From contig JAKQDQ010000178.1 of the NCBI GenBank assembly GCA_029573725.1, positions 467,929-531,928 of the forward strand: a DNA stretch of 64,000 bases. Reading direction: 5' to 3'. Of this stretch, positions 1-10,362 are shown piece by piece; within the stretch, counting starts at the first letter, position 1, and the number at the start of each line of letters is the position of its first letter. The notes beneath the pieces were generated by a model that ran no database searches, was not told where the DNA came from, and was given only the letters and a program-made list of their open reading frames with translations. The translations under genes were made by a program, and so were the position numbers. Origin of the DNA: Verrucomicrobiota bacterium. GTDB lineage: Bacteria > Verrucomicrobiota > Verrucomicrobiia > Limisphaerales > JADLHS01.

Positions 1-153
1 ATCGGCCCGGGTTTTGATTTCCGCCGGGTTGACGGGAGGTTGCGCCTCGGGGGCGGAACGGGGATCTGGCGACTTGCCGCAGGAGATCAGCGCGAGGGCG
101 AGCCATCCCAGCGATACGCCCGCACCGATCCGGCGCAGCGTCGGGCTCGACAT
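1..153 (-). CDS. Lipoprotein, N-terminal part only (gene continues beyond the left window edge)
   Basis: Truncated by the window edge, so absent from the ORF track. Reverse-strand ATG at 153-151 opens MSSPTLRRIGAGVSLGWLALALISCGKSPDPRSAPEAQPPVNPAEIKTRAD. It has a charged n-region, a hydrophobic core and an L-I-S-C lipobox, and stays open for all 51 codons to position 1. Confidence 0.45.
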   Translation of the reverse strand, partial: MSSPTLRRIGAGVSLGWLALALISCGKSPDPRSAPEAQPPVNPAEIKTRAD

Positions 154-527
154 TAAGGTGGTGTGTGTTGATGGACGCATAAATTTCAGTCGTTCCGCCG
201 GCGCGCGGCCGCCGCCACCCTCGGTGGTGGAACCTCCCGCCATGGTCATGGCTTGCGGTGCGGGCGGTGGATGCACCAGCAAAGTTGCCGCCATTTTGTT
301 CGGTAATGCGGTTTCGTCCAGAGAAATCCGCGCCGTCGCCCGTGGAACTTGTGCGGTATGGACGACCGGAAGGTCAGGCTTCCGGACCCGGCCCGGGCGG
401 TCGGGCCGGGTGGCGGCGGGGCGCGTTCATGGTCTTTCGGAAATTCATCGCTTGACGATCGGGTGATGCGTCGTAGAATCCGGGAAAGCATACCCCAATG
501 ATGAGCCTAGTCTGAAAACATAGCGGT

Positions 528-1382
528 TTGAAAAACGGACACCCCCCCATAGCCACCATGCGTCACCACCACCCAGCCCATTCGGAAAAAGGTTTCACCT
601 TGATCGAACTCCTGGTTGTCATCGCCATTATTGCCATTTTGGCAGCCATGTTGTTGCCGGCGCTTGCCAAAGCCAAGGACAAGGCCAAGGCGGCACAATG
701 CATTAACAGCATGAAGCAACTGGTGATCGCCGGCACCTTGTACGCCGGTGACAACGGAGACAGCTTCTACTTGCGCCCCGACGGGGGACTGCCCAATGGC
801 GGGCAGTGGACCGCCTCCCCGGCGTCGGAGGTGCTCTTGGATCCGGCGGTGGATAGTCGCGCCTATTGGGGGCTTGGCTATGTAAGCTACATCGTCAAGA
901 GCAAGCGCGTGTTTCGTTGTCCTTCCGCCTATTACGTGGACGAATGGCGGGAGACCGGGTTGAGATATCCCTCGGATTGGTGGCGGGACTCCAGCTACGG
1001 GATGCACCAAGCGCTGCTGCTGCCCTACAATCTCTCCGTGGAGCCCCGGCGGAAAAAGTTGAGTTTTTACCAGGACCCCACCAAGACCATCTTTTGCCAT
1101 GACGCGGCGGAGCAATTAATGGATGGCCCGGAGGACAGCCTGAGCTCGTTCACCGATCCGCCACGGGGCAGAATCCTGTCCCAGTGGGCCATTGGCGGTG
1201 GCTTGGCCAGCTACTACGGCAATTACGACTTTTCGAAGGAATGGTTCCGGCACAGCAAACGCAGCGGCACCGTCTGGGTGGACGGGCACGTTTCAAAGAT
1301 CCGCAATACGGGTTTGACCAGCGGTGGCATTGATTACCGGTACTACACGGGACAGCGGCCCAAATATGCGCTGCCCGAGTAG
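528..1382 (+). CDS. Prepilin-type N-terminal cleavage/methylation domain protein with H-X9-DG motif (pseudopilin-like, DUF1559 type)
   Basis: [30 protein letters not shown] is the class-III signal/methylation motif. The C-terminal [12 protein letters not shown] matches H-X9-DG. The true start may be ATG 558 ([19 protein letters not shown]). Confidence 0.9.
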   Translation: MKNGHPPIATMRHHHPAHSEKGFTLIELLVVIAIIAILAAMLLPALAKAKDKAKAAQCINSMKQLVIAGTLYAGDNGDSFYLRPDGGLPNGGQWTASPASEVLLDPAVDSRAYWGLGYVSYIVKSKRVFRCPSAYYVDEWRETGLRYPSDWWRDSSYGMHQALLLPYNLSVEPRRKKLSFYQDPTKTIFCHDAAEQLMDGPEDSLSSFTDPPRGRILSQWAIGGGLASYYGNYDFSKEWFRHSKRSGTVWVDGHVSKIRNTGLTSGGIDYRYYTGQRPKYALPE

Positions 1383-1409
1383 GACGGATCCGTCAGATTC
1401 TGCAGCCTT

Positions 1410-1799
1410 ATGAGCATGAATGCATGGAATTTCAAGGGAGTGGCCTGCGCCATGTTGCTGGCCGTGGTGGTGGGAGCCGGCTGTGATCGGCCCGTTCCCC
1501 CGCCCACGCCGTATTCAGATGCCGAAGTTGCCGGCGAAATCGAGAAGGCCTTTACGGCAGACAAGCCGGCCGGGACCAAGGCCCTGGCCACCGAGATTAC
1601 GACGGCCTTGCAGGCAAAGAATTTCAGCAAGGCCTTTGAGGCCGTTCAGAAGCTTTCGATCATGGAAGGCTTGAGCCAGGAGCAGGGCATGGTTGCGGCG
1701 CGGGCGACCCTGACGATCAGCGCCTTGCTGCAAAACGCGCAGGCCCAGGGTGATCCCCAGGCCGCGCAGACGCTCGAACACTACATGCGCACCAAGTAG
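1410..1799 (+). CDS. Small lipoprotein, function unknown
   Basis: MSMNAWNFKGVACAMLLAVVVGAGCDRP has a signal peptide with lipobox VGAGC. The rest is helical and A/Q-rich. It lies 27 nt downstream of the pseudopilin-like gene. Confidence 0.7.
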   Translation: MSMNAWNFKGVACAMLLAVVVGAGCDRPVPPPTPYSDAEVAGEIEKAFTADKPAGTKALATEITTALQAKNFSKAFEAVQKLSIMEGLSQEQGMVAARATLTISALLQNAQAQGDPQAAQTLEHYMRTK

Positions 1800-1969
1800 A
1801 AGGGACGGCCGGGGGGTCTCCCGGCATCGCGGGTCAATGGCCCGCTGTCGTGGCGCGGAGACCGGAGTTGAGACCGATTCCGGGCAATTGGATGACCGCC
1901 GGTTGAGCGTTCGGAAACGTCGCTTGCGTTCGCTTGGGGACTCCGCCAGCATCACGACACGAGTTGCCC

Positions 1970-4900
1970 ATGAAAACATTCACCACACTGGTCCAGGTGG
2001 GTGCGGTCCTCGGAATTCTTTTTCCCGCCAACTTTGACGCCCACGCACAGCGGCAGCTTCCCGCTGACTTGAAGGACTGGCAGGATTGGGCGACTTGGGA
2101 GGTGAAGCATCGCGACTGCCCGACGCCCTTCAATGACGCGGCGAAGCACCTTTGTTTCTGGCCCGGCCAGCTCTCCCTCCAGGCGGACCAGAAAGCCGCA
2201 ACCTGGGAGCTGGCAGTCACCGTGTTCAGCAAGACGTGGGTGCCGCTGCCAGGCGGCGGGGACCTCTGGCCCGTCAACCTCACTGACGGCGGCGTGCCGG
2301 TGGTGGCCGTGGAACGAAATCAACAACCGGCGGTCGAACTGGCGCCGGGGTTGCATCGAATCTCCGGCGCGTTTCATTGGGAGGCCGAAATGCCGCAGGC
2401 CATTCGCATTCCGCGGGAAGTGGGCGTGCTGGCCCTCGAGTTTGAAGGCAAACGGGTCGAAATCCCCAACTGGGATGAATCGGGCAATCTTTGGCTGAAA
2501 CGGGTGCGGGTGGAGGCCACGGACCGGGACATGATGACCGCGCAAGTGTGGCGGGTGTTGGAGGACGGCATTCCGTTGTGGCTGCGCACCGAGATCGAGT
2601 TAAGCGTTTCGGGCAAGAGCCGGGAAGAGGAGCTGGGCAATGTGCTGCCGGCCGGCTGGCAACTTTCCTACGTGGACGCGCCGGTTCCGGTGGCGGTGGA
2701 TGACCAGGGGCGCTTGCGCGCACAAGTCCGGGCAGGCAAATGGATCATTCACGTGGATGCGTTTCGCACGACGGATGCCGGCGACATCCAGTTCGCCCCG
2801 GGCGCGAAACCCGTGGTGGCCACCGAACTGGTGGGCTTCCAGACCAAGCCGGAATTTCGTCTGGCCGAGCTGGAAGGACTGGTGTCCGTGGATGTGTCCC
2901 AGACGACGTTCCCGCAAAAGTGGCGGACGCTGCCGGTGTATCAATGGCCCACCGGGCAGGCTTTCCGATTGGTGGAAAAGATGCGCGGCATGGGATTGCA
3001 AAAACCGGAGGGCCTGCGGATCAACCGGGTGTTGTGGCTGGATGAAAACGGACGGGGCCTGACCTTCCGCGATCAAATCAACGGTGCGATGCAGCAAATC
3101 TGGCGGCTTGACGCGGCGGAAGGCCAGGAACTGGGCGCGGCCAAAATCGGCGGGCAACCCCAGTTGATCACGGTCAATCCGGCCAACGGCGCGCCCGGAG
3201 TGGAAATTCGCGCGCGCAATCTGGACCTGCAGGCCATCGGCCGCTCGGTGCGCGCGAGCGCCATTCCGGCGACGGGCTGGCGCGCCTCCGCGGACGGATT
3301 GAACATCACCGTGAACCTGCCGCCGGGCTGGCGGTTGTTCGCGCTGTTCGGAGCGGATTGGGTGGTGGGAGATTGGTTGAGCGCCTGGACTCTGCTTGAT
3401 TTGTTTCTGCTGCTGATCTTTTCACTGGCGGTGTTCAAATTGTGGGGCTGGCGCGCGGGCCTGGTGGCGTTGCTGGCGTTTGGTCTGGCGTATCAGGAAC
3501 CGTGGGCGCCGCGGCTGGTTTGGTTTTTCCTCCTCGTGCCCCTGGCGCTGTTGCGCGTGGTGCCGGCGGGCATCATCCGCAAGTTGCTGGACGGTTGGCG
3601 CTGGCTGGCGATTCTGGCCCTGCTGCTGTGGCTGACCCCGTTTGTCGCCACCCAGTTGCGCGGCGTCATTCATCCCCAACTGGAAACCCAAGGGCAAAGT
3701 TACGGTACGCATCCGCTGTTCTGGTGGGAGGAAATGACCGGCGGCCGGGCCCGGGCGCAGCGAAAAAGCGTTGCCCTGTCCGCTCCCGCCGCCAGCACGC
3801 TTCCCGCCCTGGTTCAAGAGTCGGCTGACGAGGGGGTCGCGGTGGCGAAACGCGTCTCCGCCTACGGCTGGGGCGGACTTGCGAGCCGCGTTTCCCCGGC
3901 CCAACTCGAGGGGAATTTGCTTTACGATGCCAAGGCGAAAATCCAGACGGGACCGGCCGAACCGGAATGGAAGTGGAACGAGGTGACGTTCGGTTGGAAC
4001 GGTCCCGTGTCCGCCGACGAAAAATTCCGTCCGCTCTTCATCCCCCTGGGCCTGCACCGAATCCTCTCGGTGCTGCGCGTGGCGTTGCTCGTGTGGTTGG
4101 GCGCATTGCTGCTGCGTCGCCGTGAGCCACCGGCCGGCCCCCCGGCACCCGGTGCTTCCACGAACCTCACCGCCGCGCTGGTGGCGTTGATGCTCACACT
4201 GTTTGCGCCCGTGCCGGCGGCTGCGGAGTATCCGAACAAGGAGTTGTTGAACACGTTGCGCGATCGGCTGCTGAAACCGTCGGACGCCTATCCGCGCGCG
4301 GCCGAAATTCCCACGGTGGACCTGCAGGTGACCGAGGGCGGCATTGTGATGAACGCGGAGATTCACGCGGCCATCCCGGTCGCGGTGCCGCTGCCTGGCA
4401 AGCTCCCCGCCTGGTCGCCCGTGTCGGTGCAGTTGGATGACAAGTCCGAGGCGGTCCTGCGGCGCAGCGACGGTTACCTGTGGCTGGTGGTGCCCGCCGG
4501 GGTGCATCGGGTACACGTCACCGGGCTGCTCCCGGCGACGACCGAATGGGAGTGGGCGTTTCTCTTGAAGCCGCGCCATGTGAGCATTACCGCGCCTGGC
4601 TGGACGGTCACGGGGGTGCGCCCCAATGGCGTGCCGGAGAACCAGGTCTTTTTTGTCCGACAACGCGAGGCCACCGCCGGCGAAGTGGAATATGATCGGA
4701 AGGATTTCAACGCCATCGTGGCGGTGAATCGCCAGATCGAGGTCGGTCTGGTGTGGCAGGTGCATAACGTGGTGACGCGGCTTTCGTCGCCAGGCAAGGC
4801 AATAGCGCTGCGCATTCCGTTGCTGCCGGGCGAGAAAGTGCTCACGGGTGGAGTGGTGGTGGAAGACGGCGGGGCGGAAGTGCGGCTCGCCGCCGGACAG

Positions 4901-6088
4901 GCGGAGTTTGCCTGGGAGAGCGAACTGCCGGTCGGGGAGAAAATTGCGCTCAAGGCGGAGCCGACGGATCGCTGGGTGGAACGCTGGCGGCTGGTGACCT
5001 CCCCGGTCTGGAATGCGGCGATGTCCGGAGTGTCCCCTGTCTTTGAATCCACCGAGACGATGCTCGCGCCGGTCTGGCATCCGTGGCCGGGCGAGGAGGT
5101 CACGCTCACCTTCAGCAAACCCGAGGCCGTCAAGGGCGACACCGTCACGGTGCGCCAGGTGAATCAGGAAGTATCCCTCGGCAGCCGGCAGCGCACCGTC
5201 AAACTCACGCTCAACGTGGAGGCCAGCCTGGGAAACGATTTTGTTCTCGATCTGGATCCGCAGGCGGAGATCACTGCGCTCAAGCAGGACGAAAAGGTGA
5301 TTCCCGTCCGGCGCGACGGCGCGAGGTTGATTGTTCCGGTGCATCCGGGCAGCCAGGTGTTGCATATTGAATGGCGCGCGAACGAGCCGTTGGCGCTCCG
5401 CACCCGGGCCGACCGCGTGCAACTGTCCGTCGAGGCGGCAAACATCACCACGGTGCTGCGAGTGCCGGAAAGCCGTTGGGTGCTCTGGACCGCCGGGCCG
5501 TTGCGCGGTCCGGCAGTGCAGTTCTGGAGCGTGCTGGCCGTGGCGCTGCTGGCCGCGTGGGTGCTGGGGCGTTTGAAACTGTCGCCCATCAGCCGCTGGC
5601 AATGGTTGTTGCTGCTGCTTGGGTTGACTCAAACCTATCTGCTGGCGGGCATGGTGGTGATCGGCTGGTTCTTCCTCATCGCCTGGCGCGGTAAACACCC
5701 GCAGGCCCTGCCGTCCTGGCGCTTCAATCTGTTCCAGGTTTTTCTCGGTGGCCTCACCTTGACCATGCTGATCATTCTGGTGGCCACGGTCGCCGAAGGG
5801 CTGCTGGGCAATCCCGAGATGTTCATCCGCGGCAACGGCTCCACCCGCACCGCGCTGCAATGGTTCCAACCGCGCAGTGGTCCTGAACTGCCGCAACCGG
5901 CGGTGATTTCCGTTTCGGTTTGGTTTTACCGGTTGCTGATGCTCGCCTGGGCGCTCTGGCTCGCCCTGGCGTTGATCCGCTGGTTGAAATGGGCCTGGCA
6001 GCAGTTCAACCTGGGCGGTTGCTGGCAGCGTGTCCCGGCGCCGCCCGCGCCGCCTCCATCGGTTCCGCCTCCATTGCTGAACAAATGA
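1970..6088 (+). CDS. Very large multi-pass membrane protein, no family recognised
   Basis: ORF 1934-6088. ATG 1970 gives the signal peptide MKTFTTLVQVGAVLGILFPANFDAHAQ. Hydrophobic clusters at about nt 3340-3680, 4060-4225 and 5520-6000 separate two soluble regions of roughly 450 aa. Composition is protein-like, in contrast to the R/G/P-rich antisense frames. Confidence 0.85.
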   Translation: MKTFTTLVQVGAVLGILFPANFDAHAQRQLPADLKDWQDWATWEVKHRDCPTPFNDAAKHLCFWPGQLSLQADQKAATWELAVTVFSKTWVPLPGGGDLWPVNLTDGGVPVVAVERNQQPAVELAPGLHRISGAFHWEAEMPQAIRIPREVGVLALEFEGKRVEIPNWDESGNLWLKRVRVEATDRDMMTAQVWRVLEDGIPLWLRTEIELSVSGKSREEELGNVLPAGWQLSYVDAPVPVAVDDQGRLRAQVRAGKWIIHVDAFRTTDAGDIQFAPGAKPVVATELVGFQTKPEFRLAELEGLVSVDVSQTTFPQKWRTLPVYQWPTGQAFRLVEKMRGMGLQKPEGLRINRVLWLDENGRGLTFRDQINGAMQQIWRLDAAEGQELGAAKIGGQPQLITVNPANGAPGVEIRARNLDLQAIGRSVRASAIPATGWRASADGLNITVNLPPGWRLFALFGADWVVGDWLSAWTLLDLFLLLIFSLAVFKLWGWRAGLVALLAFGLAYQEPWAPRLVWFFLLVPLALLRVVPAGIIRKLLDGWRWLAILALLLWLTPFVATQLRGVIHPQLETQGQSYGTHPLFWWEEMTGGRARAQRKSVALSAPAASTLPALVQESADEGVAVAKRVSAYGWGGLASRVSPAQLEGNLLYDAKAKIQTGPAEPEWKWNEVTFGWNGPVSADEKFRPLFIPLGLHRILSVLRVALLVWLGALLLRRREPPAGPPAPGASTNLTAALVALMLTLFAPVPAAAEYPNKELLNTLRDRLLKPSDAYPRAAEIPTVDLQVTEGGIVMNAEIHAAIPVAVPLPGKLPAWSPVSVQLDDKSEAVLRRSDGYLWLVVPAGVHRVHVTGLLPATTEWEWAFLLKPRHVSITAPGWTVTGVRPNGVPENQVFFVRQREATAGEVEYDRKDFNAIVAVNRQIEVGLVWQVHNVVTRLSSPGKAIALRIPLLPGEKVLTGGVVVEDGGAEVRLAAGQAEFAWESELPVGEKIALKAEPTDRWVERWRLVTSPVWNAAMSGVSPVFESTETMLAPVWHPWPGEEVTLTFSKPEAVKGDTVTVRQVNQEVSLGSRQRTVKLTLNVEASLGNDFVLDLDPQAEITALKQDEKVIPVRRDGARLIVPVHPGSQVLHIEWRANEPLALRTRADRVQLSVEAANITTVLRVPESRWVLWTAGPLRGPAVQFWSVLAVALLAAWVLGRLKLSPISRWQWLLLLLGLTQTYLLAGMVVIGWFFLIAWRGKHPQALPSWRFNLFQVFLGGLTLTMLIILVATVAEGLLGNPEMFIRGNGSTRTALQWFQPRSGPELPQPAVISVSVWFYRLLMLAWALWLALALIRWLKWAWQQFNLGGCWQRVPAPPAPPPSVPPPLLNK

Positions 6089-6290
6089 TTGTTGTTCCGG
6101 CCGCCGATTTTTCTTGCTTCGGGACCCCGCGATTCTCTACGATGGCGGGCAAGCAGAAAAACACCGGAAAGCATCCTCTCATGCAAAGCACAGTTGCTGT
6201 CCTGCGGAATGTCGTGCGTTCAGCCGCGTGGAGAGATGAATTGCCTGCAGCCGGGGTGCAACCTTCCGGGCAACCAAAATCAATCATCCC

Positions 6291-9200
6291 ATGAAACGAA
6301 TCAGTCCCAAACTCAACCGGTGCCTGGGCGTATGCCTCGGTGCGTGGTCCATGGCGGCAACCCTGCAAGCCCAACCCAGTATTCATGACATCTCGCCGAA
6401 CGGAAGCCGGCTGTTCCAGGCGGCCACCGAGTTGACTTTTGGCATCACGGCCAGTGGTGCCAACGTCAATCCCGAAGGGATCACCGTACGGCTCGTTTCG
6501 ACCAATACCGCCGGGCGGATCCAGGACGTCACGCTCACCTCGACCACCGGACTGACGGTGGGCGGCACCCCGGCGGAGCGTCTCGTCACCGCGCCGCTGA
6601 GTCTCAACGTGGTCGGCTATGCGGTGACGATTACGGCCACCGACACGGCCAGCAAAACGGCCACCAGCCAGGTCAATTTTGACACCTTGGCCCCGAGCGT
6701 CGTCATCGAGGCGGAGGACTTCAATTTTGGGAATGGTCAGTGGGTGCCCGAGCCGCAAACCAATGAATATCGCCGGGCGGTGCTGCTGACCCCCGCAACG
6801 CAAGGGGTGGATGTGCGTGACAATTACTTCGACGCCGGCGGGAGTCTGGGCAACCAGGCTTATCGCGATGCCGGGTTGTTCACCGAGCCGACTGCGGACA
6901 CTCCGCGGGCGCCGTACATCGGCACGGGCAAGACGGACTACAACATTGGCTGGTTTGATCCGGGCGACTGGGGCAACTACACCCGGTCCTACCCGGCGGG
7001 CACCTACTACGTGTATTATCGGGCGGCCAGCGATATTGGCGCCCCGAGTTCGGCCACGCTTTCCCTGGTGACGAGCGACCGCACCCAGCCGGGCCAGACC
7101 ACCACCGGGTTGGGCACCATGGAGTTTCCCAGTCGCGGCTGGCAGGTCTATGCCTACAGCGCGCTGCGGCGTCCCGACGGGAATCTGGCCACCGTGACCC
7201 TGGACGGCACGGAGCAGACGCTCCGCTTGACGGGGGTGGGCGCGCACAATGGCAATTTTCTGGCGTTGTTCCCGGTGGACACCGCCGCCCCAACCATCGA
7301 AGAGGTTTATCCCGATGGCGCCCACCTGATTCAACCCACCAACACGATGAGGTTCGTGGTGCGGTCCTCGAGCGCCACGGTTGACCCCGCAGGCATCAAG
7401 GTCACCCTGACCTACAAGACCACCTCGGGTCAGTCCGGAACGCGTCTCGTCACCTCCACCAACGGATTGACGGTCGGCGGCACCGGCGCGGAACGGACCG
7501 TGTCCCTGCCGTTGCAGACCAATGTTTACAGCTACCAGACCATGATCGAGGCGACCGATGTCAACGGGAAGGTCAGCGTGGCCAACTACAACTTCGGCAC
7601 CGCCGACCCGGTCTTCTCCTTCGAGGCGGAAGATTTTGACTACGATTACGGGCAGTTCATCAACAACGGAGCGATCAACGCCTACGGCTATGCGGCGGAA
7701 CTGGCGCCGGCCGTCGAGGGGGTGGACACCCACGAAGGCGATATTCTCAACGGCGGGACCGCCTATCGTGAGCCCGGTTTGCACACCGAAATCACGGCGG
7801 ACCGGCTCCGAACCCAGTATGCCGCTGCGAGTGAGCCGGATTACAACGTGGGCTGGCTCGATAACGGGGACTGGGGCAACTACACGCGCAACCTGCCCGC
7901 GGGCACCTTCAATGTGTACGTGCGCGCCGGCACCGGAAACGCCTCGCCCGGCGGAATCACGATGGCGGAAGTGACTGGCGGCGTCGGCACCATGGAGCAA
8001 ACCACGACCAATGTGGGCACGTTTGTCATTCCCCCGACGGGAAGTTGGACGGCTTTCACGTGGGTGCCGCTGAAGACGGCAAACGGCGCACTGGCCACGA
8101 TTGAAGGAGGGCGGCAGGTCACCCTGCGCATGACCACCACCGGCGGCCATAACGCGAATTTCTACGCGTTCTTCCCGGCGGATTTGAGCGTGCCGACCAT
8201 CACGGAGCTGCACCCCGACGGGACCCTGCTGATTGAGCCGACGAACACCATGTCCTTCAAAACGGAATCGGCCGGCTCCACCATCGCGCCGGAGGATATT
8301 TCCGTCACCTTGAGCTACCGGATGAGCAACGGGTTGACGGGCACCACCAATCTGACGGCGGGCGCCGGTTTGACCGTGGGCGGCTCGCCCGCCTCGCGGA
8401 CCGTGTCGTTGCCGCTGCGCACCGACATTCTGGAGTACCAGGCCACCATCCAGGTCGTCAGCGGCAACGGCAACAGCGTGGAAAAGGCCTTCCGGTTCGG
8501 CACCCTCCCGCCGGCTTATACGTTTGAAGCGGAGGATTTCAACTATAACTTCGGCCAGTTTATCAACAACCCGCCCCTCAATGCCTATGACCGCGCGGTG
8601 CTCCTGGATCTGCCGGTCGAGGGGGTGGATACACACGAGGAGGATCCCGCCGGAGGCGCCACCGTCTATCGCGATCCCGGCCTGCATACGGAACAAACAT
8701 TTGACCAGGCCCGGTCGCAGTACGTGAGCGCGGGGCTGCCCGACTACAACGTGGGCTGGTATGCGCCGGGCGATTGGGGCAACTACACCCGCAATCTGCC
8801 GGCGGGCAACTTTTACCTCTACGCCCGGGTGGCTACCGATTACGTGCCCACGCCTTCCACCGGCCTGGCCGTCGCCGAGGTGGTCGCCGGGGCCGACACC
8901 TATGACCAGACCCTCGCGCCGTTGGGCTCCGTTCTCATTCCGGCGACGGGGGGATGGCAGAGTTACATCTGGGTGCCGGTCCGGGATGCCTTTGGCAATC
9001 TGGTGGAGATTGAAGGAGGCCGTCAGGTCACCCTCCGCATGACGGCGACGGGCTTTTTGAATGCGAACTTTTACGCCTTCTACCCGTCCGATCCCAGCAT
9101 TCCCACCATCACGGAGGTGTATCCGAACGGAGCGGAACTGCAGCAAGGCACGAACAAGTTCAGTTTCAAGGTGGCTTCTTCCGCGGGCATTGATCAAGCC

Positions 9201-10160
9201 AACGTCCAGTTGAAAATTGATGGTCAGACGGTGTCCGGTCTGGTGTTCCAGGGCTCTCCCACGGCCTGGGCGGTGAATTATCCCAATCTGACCGCCAACA
9301 CCCTCCATACCGCCTCGATCACCGTCACCGCCAACAATGGCCTGACCCATACCGTCAATACCGCCTTCGACACCTTCGATCGCGAGGCCTTTACCGTGGA
9401 AGCAGAAGCCTTCAACATTTTCGGGGCCTTTTTTGACAATCCATCCCAGGCGGATTACTACCTGCAGGAAGCGGCGGTGGACATTGACTACTCGGGCACC
9501 GTCGCCAGCGGCCTTTACGACTACCGCAATTCCGGTCTGAACACCGAACATTGCTTCGATCTGGTGCGGCCCTGGCTCAATGACCCCAACGCCAATGGCG
9601 ACTACAACGTCGGCTGGTTTGACAGCGGTTTCTGGGGCAACTACACCCGCACCTACCCGGCCGGCCGCTACAACATCTACCTCCGGGCGGCCAATTTCAC
9701 CGGCACTCCAAGTTACGTGTATGCCGCGAAGGTCACCTCGGACCCGACGCAGTCCGGCCAAACCACCGCGGCGCTGGGCAGCTTTGAGATTCCCCCCACC
9801 GGCGGGGCGCAAAAATACACCTGGGCGGGATTGAAAGACAATGACGGCAAACTGGTGGCGGTGGAGTTCAACGGAGTGGCCACGTTGCGCTTGACCGCCG
9901 GAGGCGGCAACAACGTCAACTTCTTCATCCTGACACCGGCGCCCACGACCGTCACCCTCACGATCGCGCGTGATGTTGCAGGCGTCCGGGTCTCGTTTGC
10001 GACCGAGTCGGGCCGGACCTATCAGGTGGAGCGCAAGCAGAGCCTTGCCGACGCCATCTGGCAGCCGCTGGGCGCGCCGGTCAGCGGTGACGGCACCGTC
10101 AAGTCGGTGACCGATTCCACCGCCGCCGGCAGCGGGTTCTATCGGCTCCACATCCAGTGA
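6291..10160 (+). CDS. Secreted protein with four tandem Ig-like + CBM6/CBM35-like carbohydrate-binding modules
   Basis: Signal peptide MKRISPKLNRCLGVCLGAWSMAATLQAQP. Four modules of about 300 aa each. Each has an Ig-like segment (VYPDGA.L.QPTNT..F...GLTVGG..AERTVSLPL) followed by a CBM6-type signature (EAEDF ... YNVGW ... GDWGNYTR..PAG.Y.VY.RA). The EAE(D/A)F anchors are at nt 6708, 7623, 8526 and 9399. Confidence 0.9.
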   Translation: MKRISPKLNRCLGVCLGAWSMAATLQAQPSIHDISPNGSRLFQAATELTFGITASGANVNPEGITVRLVSTNTAGRIQDVTLTSTTGLTVGGTPAERLVTAPLSLNVVGYAVTITATDTASKTATSQVNFDTLAPSVVIEAEDFNFGNGQWVPEPQTNEYRRAVLLTPATQGVDVRDNYFDAGGSLGNQAYRDAGLFTEPTADTPRAPYIGTGKTDYNIGWFDPGDWGNYTRSYPAGTYYVYYRAASDIGAPSSATLSLVTSDRTQPGQTTTGLGTMEFPSRGWQVYAYSALRRPDGNLATVTLDGTEQTLRLTGVGAHNGNFLALFPVDTAAPTIEEVYPDGAHLIQPTNTMRFVVRSSSATVDPAGIKVTLTYKTTSGQSGTRLVTSTNGLTVGGTGAERTVSLPLQTNVYSYQTMIEATDVNGKVSVANYNFGTADPVFSFEAEDFDYDYGQFINNGAINAYGYAAELAPAVEGVDTHEGDILNGGTAYREPGLHTEITADRLRTQYAAASEPDYNVGWLDNGDWGNYTRNLPAGTFNVYVRAGTGNASPGGITMAEVTGGVGTMEQTTTNVGTFVIPPTGSWTAFTWVPLKTANGALATIEGGRQVTLRMTTTGGHNANFYAFFPADLSVPTITELHPDGTLLIEPTNTMSFKTESAGSTIAPEDISVTLSYRMSNGLTGTTNLTAGAGLTVGGSPASRTVSLPLRTDILEYQATIQVVSGNGNSVEKAFRFGTLPPAYTFEAEDFNYNFGQFINNPPLNAYDRAVLLDLPVEGVDTHEEDPAGGATVYRDPGLHTEQTFDQARSQYVSAGLPDYNVGWYAPGDWGNYTRNLPAGNFYLYARVATDYVPTPSTGLAVAEVVAGADTYDQTLAPLGSVLIPATGGWQSYIWVPVRDAFGNLVEIEGGRQVTLRMTATGFLNANFYAFYPSDPSIPTITEVYPNGAELQQGTNKFSFKVASSAGIDQANVQLKIDGQTVSGLVFQGSPTAWAVNYPNLTANTLHTASITVTANNGLTHTVNTAFDTFDREAFTVEAEAFNIFGAFFDNPSQADYYLQEAAVDIDYSGTVASGLYDYRNSGLNTEHCFDLVRPWLNDPNANGDYNVGWFDSGFWGNYTRTYPAGRYNIYLRAANFTGTPSYVYAAKVTSDPTQSGQTTAALGSFEIPPTGGAQKYTWAGLKDNDGKLVAVEFNGVATLRLTAGGGNNVNFFILTPAPTTVTLTIARDVAGVRVSFATESGRTYQVERKQSLADAIWQPLGAPVSGDGTVKSVTDSTAAGSGFYRLHIQ

Positions 10161-10168
10161 TGACCGGC

Positions 10169-10202
10169 GGGGTTCGGGAATCCGGCCGGGTTCCCGAACC
10201 CC
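10169..10202 (+). terminator. Perfect 12-bp stem hairpin directly after the CBM-protein stop (terminator or attenuator candidate, no U-tract)
   Basis: GGGGTTCGGGAA (10169-10180), 10-nt loop, TTCCCGAACCCC (10191-10202). It starts 9 nt after the stop at 10160. No T-run follows it. Confidence 0.35.
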
Positions 10203-10362
10203 AACGGCTGGCCGTCATCGGCTCATCCGAAGTTTCCATGCCGGAGTTTGCGCGCGGTTTCCCCGGGAAGACCCGGAGGCCCCGGCCCGGTGCGCTCCGG
10301 GAAAGCGCCCCCGCAAGCGATCCCCGGCTGGCCACGAAACCCGACTGCGATATACTTCCCCA

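Noticed and set aside
6006-10151. 1381-aa ORF antisense to the CBM-repeat gene
   Set aside because: Its composition is dominated by R, G, P, A and H, with no motifs. It mirrors a motif-rich gene on the plus strand. This is a typical stop-free shadow frame of high-GC3 coding DNA.
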